Positions 19,001-26,416 of a stretch of DNA of 30,473 nt are shown in pieces. A program made the position numbers and the translations under genes. Origin of the DNA: Atribacterota bacterium (GTDB lineage Bacteria > Atribacterota > Phoenicimicrobiia > Phoenicimicrobiales > Phoenicimicrobiaceae); contig JBBRDV010000012.1 in the NCBI GenBank assembly GCA_038203565.1, forward strand, positions 1-30,473, read 5' to 3'. Each line of letters opens with the position of its first letter. The first letter of the stretch is position 1. The notes below the pieces were generated by a model, which saw only the letters and a list, made by a program, of their open reading frames with translations, ran no database searches and was not told where the DNA came from.

Positions 19001-20872
19001 TTTTTTCATTCTTTTTATCTTTTCAATATTTATCATTAAGGTGGCGATGTCTGAAGGGGTTATTCCGGGAATTCTTTTAGCCTGGCCCAAAGAAATTGGC
19101 TGCACTTCTGAGAATCTCTCCTTGCCTTCATGGGATATACCATGCATATTAAAATAATCGATATTTTTAGGTATTTTATAATTCTCTAATTTCTTAAATT
19201 TTTTTACCTGAATCTCTTGTCGTTTAATATATCCTGCGTATTTTATTTGAATTTCAACTTGCTCAGTTACTTCGGCAGGTAATTCTGGTCTGTTAGGATC
19301 GATAGAAGTAGTTTGATTGTAAGTTATCTCAGGCCTGGTAAGCAAAGCAGCCAAAGTAGCGGCCTCAGATAGAGGGGTAGTACCCAATTTATTTAGTAAT
19401 TCATTTACTTTTTGGGTGGCATGAATTATTACTTCTTTTAATCTTTCCTTTTCATGTTCAACCAGTGTTTTTTTATTCAGAAATTTTTTATATCTTTGTT
19501 CTGAGATTAACCCCATCTTATAACCATAAGGAGTAAGTCTCAAATCAGCATTATCCTGTCTTAATAAAAGTCTATATTCAGCCAGTCCGGTTCTTAAACG
19601 GTACGGCTCAGTCACACTTTTTGTAACTAAATCATCTATCTCCACAGCAATATAAGCTTCTGAGCGGTCCAGGATTAAGGGCTCCTTATTACGTGACAGC
19701 TTTACTGCATTTATGCCCGCCAGCAATCCTTGTTCAGCTGCCTCTTCATATCCCGAAGTTCCATTAACCTGTCCGGCCAAAAATAATCCTTTAATTGCTT
19801 TAGTTTCTAAAGAGTATTTTAATTGATTAGGATATATAATGTCATATTCAATGGCATATCCATAGCGGATAATCTTACAATTTTCTAAGCCTTCAATGGT
19901 GTGCAAAGCTTCCTGCTGGGTATCAGCAGGTAAACTGGTAAAAAATCCCTGTAAATATATTTCTTCAGTATTATGCCCCTCTGGTTCTAAAAATATCTGA
20001 TGAGATTCTTTTTCGGGGAACCTAATTATCTTATCTTCTATAGAGGGACAATATCTGATAGCTGCACTTTGGATGGTACCATTAGAGAGGGGCACTCTAT
20101 GGATATTATCTTGGATTATCTGATGAGTTTTTTGATTAGTGCGGGTCATAAATACCGAAAAATCCTTATATATTTTCCCTTTGTTTTCAAAAGAAAAAGA
20201 CAGAGGAATATCTGCACTTTTCTGTTCTTTCATCTTGGAGAAATCAACCGTTCTTCTATCTATCCGAGGAGGAGTGCAGGTATTTAATCTTCCGACTTTA
20301 AAACCCAGCTCTTTAAGATTTTCTGCCAGATCAATTGAGGCAAATTCACCGGCTCTTCCCGCTGAATAGGTAGTTTTGCCAATATAAATTTTGCCATTTA
20401 AAAATGTTCCGTTAGTTAAAATTACCGTAGGGGAAGAAAATTCTAAACCACTTTTAACTATTACTCCTTCTACCCGACAATTATTTACTATTAATTTTGT
20501 TACCATCTCCTGTTTTAAATCTAAATTTATTTGGATTTGGAGAGTGTGTATCATTTCCTGAGTATATAATCTTTTATCTATCTGTGCCCTTAGAGCCCAC
20601 ATAGCCGGACCTTTGCTGGTGTTTAACATTCTTATATGAATAGTAGCTTTATCGGTATTTTTAGCCATTTCTCCGCCTAAGGCATCAATTTCTCGGGCTA
20701 CATGTCCTTTTCCCGGACCTCCTATAGATGGATTACAGGGCATTAGCGCAACATTGTCTATATTGGAAGTAATGAGGAGTGTTTTTGCCCCCATTCTGGC
20801 AGTAGCCAGAGCGGCTTCACAGCCAGCATGGCCGGCACCTACTATAATTACCTCATATTGATATCGCTTCAC
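18998..20872 (-). CDS. mnmG: tRNA uridine-5-carboxymethylaminomethyl(34) synthesis enzyme MnmG
   Basis: GAGHAGCEAA, CNPSIGGPGKG, RYCPSIEDK, GYAIEYD, AGQVNGTSGYEEAA; GTG start with AAGGAG RBS. Confidence 0.95.
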   Translation of the reverse strand: MKRYQYEVIIVGAGHAGCEAALATARMGAKTLLITSNIDNVALMPCNPSIGGPGKGHVAREIDALGGEMAKNTDKATIHIRMLNTSKGPAMWALRAQIDKRLYTQEMIHTLQIQINLDLKQEMVTKLIVNNCRVEGVIVKSGLEFSSPTVILTNGTFLNGKIYIGKTTYSAGRAGEFASIDLAENLKELGFKVGRLNTCTPPRIDRRTVDFSKMKEQKSADIPLSFSFENKGKIYKDFSVFMTRTNQKTHQIIQDNIHRVPLSNGTIQSAAIRYCPSIEDKIIRFPEKESHQIFLEPEGHNTEEIYLQGFFTSLPADTQQEALHTIEGLENCKIIRYGYAIEYDIIYPNQLKYSLETKAIKGLFLAGQVNGTSGYEEAAEQGLLAGINAVKLSRNKEPLILDRSEAYIAVEIDDLVTKSVTEPYRLRTGLAEYRLLLRQDNADLRLTPYGYKMGLISEQRYKKFLNKKTLVEHEKERLKEVIIHATQKVNELLNKLGTTPLSEAATLAALLTRPEITYNQTTSIDPNRPELPAEVTEQVEIQIKYAGYIKRQEIQVKKFKKLENYKIPKNIDYFNMHGISHEGKERFSEVQPISLGQAKRIPGITPSDIATLMINIEKIKRMKK

Positions 20873-21023
20873 CTTTTCAGTTTCTCCTTTATTTTGAGAT
20901 ACAGCTGTAAAAGTTTAAATTTTGCTTTGCATATTCTAATATATTTTCTTATTTCCTGCAAGTAAAAAATAATTGGGTATTAAGATTTTACCTGATACTT
21001 TAGTTTTTTCTGTTAGTTTTTTC

Positions 21024-21052
21024 TTGCCTGAAAAAAAATATTGTGTTATACT
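21024..21052 (+). promoter_or_regulatory. Sigma70 promoter of tRNA-Ser(GCT)
   Basis: TTGCCT-N17-TATACT with extended TG, 7 nt before the tRNA. Confidence 0.65.
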
Positions 21053-21059
21053 TTTAAAT

Positions 21060-21153
21060 GGAGAGATGACCGAGTGGCCGAAGGTGGTTGCCTGCTAAGC
21101 AATTGAGCGGGTTAAGGCCTGCTCCGAGGGTTCGAATCCCTCTCTCTCCGCCA
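21060..21153 (+). tRNA. tRNA-Ser(GCT)
   Basis: GGAGAGA/TCTCTCC acceptor stem, anticodon loop CT-GCT-AA, long variable arm, GGTTCGAATCC, G73-CCA. Confidence 0.96.
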
Positions 21154-21279
21154 TTTCTTATAAGTTAAGAGGGCTGCTCTATTGCACGATTTAAGAGAAA
21201 ACTGCAGTATTTTTTATTACGCTATTGGTAAAACCAAAACAGATTATTCATTATTTATTCTAACTGGAGATGTTAAAAA

Positions 21280-21318
21280 TTGTCTCAACCTTTTGCAAGG
21301 TGGCGGCAATTTTTTTAT
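21280..21318 (+). terminator. Possible intrinsic terminator
   Basis: ttgtctcaacctt-ttgc-aaggtggcggcaa followed by a T tract; imperfect stem. Confidence 0.45.
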
Positions 21319-21367
21319 TAATGAGATAGAAAGTATTTAAAATATTATCTTAAAGGGAGGAGAAATT

Positions 21368-22021
21368 ATGAGATTAGATAGAGGTGATTTTGAAACGGAA
21401 AATTTAATTGTTTGGGAGAAAACTATCAGAGAATTATTTCCGATAGCTATCCCAAACAATTGCCTTTGGAAGAGTATTGATAGTGTAATTTCAATTCTTA
21501 ACAAATTAGGTTCTGTAGATAATTTAAATCATACTTTATTTCCCGTTGGTGGAGGCCATGATATAATAAGGGTAGAAAGATCAACTGAGAAAGAGACTAT
21601 TGAATTAAGAACTCCTCATTCAGTCAGAATTGTAAAACCAAAAGTATTAGAATTTAATTATTTTACCAATCATATAGAATGGACTTACTTTCGATTAGAA
21701 ACCGGAGGATTAAAACCCATCACTCCTAATCTTGATTTATCTTTGATTAAAGAAAAATTAACTGAGATAGAACCAGGTCATTATCTAGAAAAAGAAATAT
21801 GGGAAAAAGGTTATCTGGGATATAATGAAAAGAATAATAGAATTCTACTGCCGAAAAGTGCAAGGATAGTCTCCAGATATTTTAGAGGTTCATTTGTTAT
21901 ATTTCCCAAAAGTTCTCCTTATAACAAAAATCATGCTACCTATGATGCCAGACACGATCGGATGAATAGTAAAAAGTTTAGGCAATATATTGAAAAATGT
22001 ATAATAGAATTTAACGAATAA
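21368..22021 (+). CDS. Hypothetical protein, resembling the non-catalytic C-terminal domain of some bacterial Ser/Thr kinases
   Basis: 217-aa ORF with strong GGAGG RBS; NLNH..FP.GGG.D, W.YFRLE, GSFVIF.K.S.YN, TYD.RH motifs (recalled similarity, not searched). Confidence 0.6.
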   Translation: MRLDRGDFETENLIVWEKTIRELFPIAIPNNCLWKSIDSVISILNKLGSVDNLNHTLFPVGGGHDIIRVERSTEKETIELRTPHSVRIVKPKVLEFNYFTNHIEWTYFRLETGGLKPITPNLDLSLIKEKLTEIEPGHYLEKEIWEKGYLGYNEKNNRILLPKSARIVSRYFRGSFVIFPKSSPYNKNHATYDARHDRMNSKKFRQYIEKCIIEFNE

Positions 22022-22073
22022 AGAGTTAAATCAAAAATTAATTATAACTTAATCTATTCAAATAGGAGGGTGA

Positions 22074-22781
22074 ATGACTATGAGTATCCATATCGGAGCA
22101 AAAGAAGGGGAGATTGCCAGTACAGTTTTACTTCCCGGAGACCCCTTGAGGGCAAAATATATAGCGGAAAATTTCCTTATCTATGCTGTCTGTTATAATG
22201 AAGTACGCGGCATGTATGGTTATACCGGAACTTATAAAGGGAAAAGAATTTCTGTCCAGGGGACAGGTATGGGTATACCTTCTATATCGATATATGTAAA
22301 TGAACTTATTACAAATTACAGGGCTAAAAATTTAATCCGAATCGGAAGCTGTGGTTCTATACAGGCAGATATAAAAATAAGAGATGTTATTTTAGCTATG
22401 AGTGCCTCAACGGATTCGAATATTAACAAGATACGCTTTTATGGTATGGATTATGCTTCTACTGCAAATTTCGACCTTTTAAAAAAGGCTTATGATGTGG
22501 CCTTTAAAAAAAATATCCCGATAAAAGTAGGAAGTATTTTGACTACTGATACTTTTTATAACGATGATCCTAATTCCTGGAAGCACTGGGCAAATTATGG
22601 AGTATTAGCGGTAGAAATGGAAACAGCTGCTTTATATACTTTAGCCGCAAAGTTTAAAGTGAATGCACTTTCGATTTTAACTGTTTCTGATAGTTTGGTA
22701 ACCAGAGAAGAGACCACTTCAGAGGAACGGCAGAAGACCTTTAACCAGATGGTCGAGGTTGCCCTGGAATTAGCAGAATAG
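22074..22781 (+). CDS. deoD: Purine nucleoside phosphorylase (DeoD type)
   Basis: [37 protein letters not shown]. Confidence 0.95.
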   Translation: MTMSIHIGAKEGEIASTVLLPGDPLRAKYIAENFLIYAVCYNEVRGMYGYTGTYKGKRISVQGTGMGIPSISIYVNELITNYRAKNLIRIGSCGSIQADIKIRDVILAMSASTDSNINKIRFYGMDYASTANFDLLKKAYDVAFKKNIPIKVGSILTTDTFYNDDPNSWKHWANYGVLAVEMETAALYTLAAKFKVNALSILTVSDSLVTREETTSEERQKTFNQMVEVALELAE

Positions 22782-22837
22782 CTAAAATTAATCTAAAATA
22801 TAAATAGATAATTAAGATTAAAAGAAATATAACCAAA

Positions 22838-23644
22838 GTGCAAGATAAAATGGATTTAAATTTATCTTTCTTGAGGTATCTTATGGATAGAAATTTACAA
22901 CAGCGATTCTGGGAAATAGATTTCCTGCGGGGAATTGCCATAATAATGATGGTACTTTATCACTTACTTTATAATCTGCACTATTTTGCTCATTATAATG
23001 TCAATGTATACTCTGGTTTTTGGATGTATTTTGCGCGCACAACTGCCACGACATTTATTTTTTTAGTCGGAGTATCCCTTAGTGTTAGTTTTTCCAGGAC
23101 TAAGAAAATTCATAAGGATAGAAATAAATTATTCATGAAATATTTTCGAAGAGGCTTGAAGGTATTTTCCTGGGGTTTAATGATCACTTTAGTAACCTGG
23201 GTTTTTTTGCGAGAAGGTTTTGTAATTTTTGGTATACTTCATCTTATCGGAATTTCCATTATTTTAGCTTATCCTTTTCTTAAACTTCGCTATTGGAATC
23301 TATTAGTTGGATTATTTTGCATATTTTTAGGTGCATATTTAAAGGGTTTAGTTTTTAATTTTTATTGGTTATCCTGGTTAGGGTTTAGGCCAGCTCAATT
23401 TTATTCAGTTGACTATTTTCCCCTTTTACCTTGGTTTGGAGTGGTTTTAATAGGCATATTTTTTGGTAATTTACTCTATTCAGATTGTTCTCGGAGATTT
23501 CAACTTGTTGATCTTTCTTTCTTTTCAGGGATAAAAGTTTTCTGTTTTTTAGGGAAGCACTCCTTATTAATTTATTTGCTCCATCAGCCCTTAATAATTG
23601 CAGTGCTCTTTATTTTAGGCATGGCGAATATGAATTTATTATAA
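22838..23644 (+). CDS. DUF1624 / heparan-alpha-glucosaminide N-acetyltransferase-like membrane protein
   Basis: RFWEIDFLRGIAIIMMVLYH, FGILHLIG, DYFPLLPWFG, LGKHSLLIYLLHQP; true start may be ATG 22883. Confidence 0.85.
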   Translation: MQDKMDLNLSFLRYLMDRNLQQRFWEIDFLRGIAIIMMVLYHLLYNLHYFAHYNVNVYSGFWMYFARTTATTFIFLVGVSLSVSFSRTKKIHKDRNKLFMKYFRRGLKVFSWGLMITLVTWVFLREGFVIFGILHLIGISIILAYPFLKLRYWNLLVGLFCIFLGAYLKGLVFNFYWLSWLGFRPAQFYSVDYFPLLPWFGVVLIGIFFGNLLYSDCSRRFQLVDLSFFSGIKVFCFLGKHSLLIYLLHQPLIIAVLFILGMANMNLL

Positions 23645-23674
23645 TCTTGTAAAAATGAAATTACAGCAAATAGA

Positions 23675-25084
23675 TTATTTAAGATTTCTTACTATTTTAT
23701 TGAATTGATCTCCCCGGTCAAATTCATTTTTAAACATCCCGAAACTGGCTGCTGCAGGGGAAAGAAGAATAAGGTCATTTTTTTGGGCTTGTTGCAGGGC
23801 TATTTCGACCCCCACCTTAAGATTGGATGTTTGGATAATTTTTTCTGAATCAAGATGATTTTTTAAGGCAGAAAGTATTTTTAAAGAAGCATCATAATCG
23901 GGGTGTTGTAGGAGGATAATCTTTTTAATTTTTTTATTTTGTCCGATAGCTATCCCAAAATTTTCATAATTTAATTTTTTATCTTTGCCGCCAAGAATTA
24001 AGACAATAGACTGTTTGGGAAAAGATTCTAAAGCGGCTAAAGTTGCTTCCGGAGTGGTGGCACAGGTATCATTATAAAATTTAATTCCTATAAATTCCCC
24101 AATAAATTCTAATCTATAAGGAATTCCGGGAAATTTTTTTAAGGCCTTTAGAATAATTTCACCTGGGATATTATGTATAAAACCTACTGTGCTTGCTGCT
24201 AAAATATTTTCCAGATTGTGTGATCCGGGTAAAGGGAGATCGGAAATTTTAGCAAAGGCTGTTTTATGTTCTTCTAATTGAAAGACCAATTCATCATTTT
24301 CTAAATAACATCCTGGTTCTATCTTTTCTTTCGCACTGAACCAGTAAATCGGCAAGCTGGTTTCTTTTTTAATTTTAATAGTCTCTTCATTATCATAATT
24401 TAATACCAGATTATCATTTAGGTTTTGATGCTTAAAGATTAATTTTTCTGATCGGACGTACTCTTTATAATTGGGATAGCGGTCTAAGTGGTCAGGCAGG
24501 ATATTAGTTAAAACTCCAGTTTTAGGTTTAAATTTACGGTCTTTTATCCCCTCCATCTGCCAGGTAGATATTTCTAAGATTACCCAGGTTTGAGGTTTGA
24601 TTTTTCCTAAAATATCTAAAACGGAGATACCGATATTACCGGCTAAAATTGTATCTTTTTTAGCTTCTTTAAAAATATGATAGATAAGTTGAGATACCGT
24701 GCTTTTCCCTTTAGTTCCGGCAACGGCAATGATATTTTTAGAAGGACAAAGCTGAAAGAAAAGATCCAAGTCGGTTTTAATAGGAATTTTATGTTTCCGA
24801 GCAATTTTTAAATACTTTGAATTATGAGCAACAGCCGGGTTTTGAATTATCATATCTGTATTGATAAAATCTTCTTCCCGGTGTCGGCCCAGGATATATC
24901 TAACATCAAAGTTTTTTAATTTTTCTAAAGAAGGTCCAAGTTCTTCTTCAGTTTTTAAATCTGTAACTAAAATTTTAGCACCCGCTTTTGTTAAAAACCG
25001 GGCAACTCCTAAGCCACCTTGATTTAATCCTAATCCCATTATAGTGATTCTTTTATCTTTTAGGTCTCGTAGTTTTTTTAGCAT
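23675..25084 (-). CDS. murD: UDP-N-acetylmuramoyl-L-alanine--D-glutamate ligase
   Basis: GTKGKST, LEISTWQ, PDHLDRY, YNDTCATT, LGGKDK, LLSPAAASFGMF...RG. Confidence 0.93.
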   Translation of the reverse strand: MLKKLRDLKDKRITIMGLGLNQGGLGVARFLTKAGAKILVTDLKTEEELGPSLEKLKNFDVRYILGRHREEDFINTDMIIQNPAVAHNSKYLKIARKHKIPIKTDLDLFFQLCPSKNIIAVAGTKGKSTVSQLIYHIFKEAKKDTILAGNIGISVLDILGKIKPQTWVILEISTWQMEGIKDRKFKPKTGVLTNILPDHLDRYPNYKEYVRSEKLIFKHQNLNDNLVLNYDNEETIKIKKETSLPIYWFSAKEKIEPGCYLENDELVFQLEEHKTAFAKISDLPLPGSHNLENILAASTVGFIHNIPGEIILKALKKFPGIPYRLEFIGEFIGIKFYNDTCATTPEATLAALESFPKQSIVLILGGKDKKLNYENFGIAIGQNKKIKKIILLQHPDYDASLKILSALKNHLDSEKIIQTSNLKVGVEIALQQAQKNDLILLSPAAASFGMFKNEFDRGDQFNKIVRNLK

Positions 25085-25254
25085 CTAAAATATAAACCCT
25101 TCCCCCCCCATTCTTTTTTAATAAAATTAATCAAAGACTTACTTTCTAAATATAACAAAATTAAACTAATATTTCAATTAAAACAATTCATTGTGCCCCC
25201 TTCACCTGAATCCTAGTTTTTTTACGCGATACTCGATACTTTATTTTAATAAAT

Positions 25255-25283
25255 TTGACTAAGAATATAAATTATAATAAAAT
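25255..25283 (+). promoter_or_regulatory. Sigma70 promoter of tRNA-Arg-tadA-tRNA-Ser
   Basis: TTGACT-N17-TAAAAT. Confidence 0.55.
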
Positions 25284-25309
25284 CAATAGGGAAATTTTAT
25301 TTTAATAAG

Positions 25310-25386
25310 GCGCCCGTGGCTCAAATGGATAAAGCAACTGACTACGGATCAGTAGATTGGGGGTTCGAGTCCCTCCGGGCGCGCCA
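25310..25386 (+). tRNA. tRNA-Arg(ACG)
   Basis: GCGCCCG/CGGGCGC acceptor stem, anticodon loop CT-ACG-GA, GGTTCGAGTCC, CCA end; 77 nt. Confidence 0.95.
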
Positions 25387-25420
25387 ATATTAATACTTCC
25401 GGAAAGTCTTCATTAAAAAT

Positions 25421-25882
25421 ATGCCAAAAAATAATGGTAAAGATATTAGCTTGATGCAAGAAGCCTTGAAAGAGGCAGAAATTGCTTATTCCCGCCAGGA
25501 AATACCAATTGGAGCAGTAGTTGTTTACCAAAATAAAATAATTGCCCGAGCTCATAATCGAAAAGAAGAATTACAGGATCCTACTGCTCACGCTGAAATC
25601 TTAGCCCTGCAGCAAACTGCTCGATATTTCGGAAGCTGGCATTTAGAAGATATAGATCTTTATGTTACTTTAGAACCTTGTCCGATGTGTGCCTATGCTA
25701 TGCTTCAAGCCAGAATTAAAAGATTAATTTTCGGTACTTTTGATCCTAAGGCTGGAGCAGCAGGCAGCATTATCAATATTGTACAGGATAAGAGATTTAA
25801 TCATCAAATAGAAGTAGTAAGCGGTGTTTTAGAAAAGGAATGTAGTTTAATTTTACAAAAATTCTTTCAGGAAAGACGATAA
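25421..25882 (+). CDS. tadA: tRNA adenosine(34) deaminase
   Basis: EIPIGAV, DPTAHAE, TLEPCPMC, DPKAGA, FNH. Confidence 0.95.
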   Translation: MPKNNGKDISLMQEALKEAEIAYSRQEIPIGAVVVYQNKIIARAHNRKEELQDPTAHAEILALQQTARYFGSWHLEDIDLYVTLEPCPMCAYAMLQARIKRLIFGTFDPKAGAAGSIINIVQDKRFNHQIEVVSGVLEKECSLILQKFFQERR

Positions 25883-25889
25883 TTTAATT

Positions 25890-25984
25890 GGAGAGGTGGC
25901 TGAGTTTGGTTGAAAGCGCTCGACTCGAAATCGAGTAGGCAGGTAGTCCCTGTCTCGCGGGTTCGAATCCCGCCCTCTCCGCCA
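25890..25984 (+). tRNA. tRNA-Ser(CGA)
   Basis: GGAGAGG/CCTCTCC acceptor stem, CTCGA-CT-CGA-AA-TCGAG anticodon arm, long variable arm, G73-CCA. Confidence 0.96.
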
Positions 25985-26125
25985 GTTGGAAAATGCGGCA
26001 TTTTGCACCATCACTCACCAGCATTCATCCGTTGGTTTACGGTTTCTAAAAACTGCCAAAGAACCTGAAAAAATGTTTGCTCGAACTTCATTCTGGGCTA
26101 AAAGCGGGCTTCCCTCATTTTTAAT

Positions 26126-26191
26126 TTGATTGAATTCATAAAATCTGATAGTATTATATTGAAAGAATAGCAGAACACTTTTATACTATCA
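26126..26191 (+). promoter_or_regulatory. Tandem sigma70 promoters overlapped by a 9-bp inverted repeat
   Basis: TTGATT-N17-TAGTAT (26126-26154) and TTGAAA-N17-TATACT (26159-26187); TGATAGTAT 26146-26154 / ATACTATCA 26183-26191. Confidence 0.55.
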
Positions 26192-26204
26192 AATAATTGA
26201 AAAT

Positions 26205-26411
26205 ATGGCAACAGAAATTAACATAGGCGAGAATATAAAGAAGTATCGAAATAAGCAGAGATTATCCCAAGAGGGTTTTGCTAAAAAGTCTGGCGTGAAA
26301 TACACTACCCTGACCAAAATTGAGAGCAATGTAATTAAAAAGCCTTCCGTGCTTATCATGGCAAAATTAGCTAAGTCATTAGGCGTTTCAATTGAGGATT
26401 TAATCAAGTAA
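26205..26411 (+). CDS. XRE-family HTH regulator (controller-protein-like)
   Basis: IGENIKKYR...LSQE..AKKSGV....LTKIES...KPS....KLAKSLGVSIEDL. Confidence 0.9.
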   Translation: MATEINIGENIKKYRNKQRLSQEGFAKKSGVKYTTLTKIESNVIKKPSVLIMAKLAKSLGVSIEDLIK

Positions 26412-26416
26412 TAAAT

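Noticed and set aside
4450..20369. Short nested or antisense ORFs (4450, 5796, 6848, 8092, 8717, 10945, 11541, 13350, 14626, 14804, 16530, 18213, 20000, 20139)
   Set aside because: All overlap well-supported genes and have no recognisable motifs
21265..21318. Possible fluoride riboswitch (ggagatg...tctc aacc)
   Set aside because: Lacks the conserved pseudoknot and downstream motif; better read as a terminator
25227..25240. Tandem heptamer CGATACT x2
   Set aside because: Only two copies, too short to interpret
25349..25555. Minus-strand 68-aa ORF ending ARPEGLEPPIY
   Set aside because: Antisense translation of tRNA-Arg and tadA
21128..25984. Similar 3' sequences at the two tRNA-Ser genes as attL/attR
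   Set aside because: Both are complete tRNAs with different anticodons; the similarity is ordinary tRNA homology
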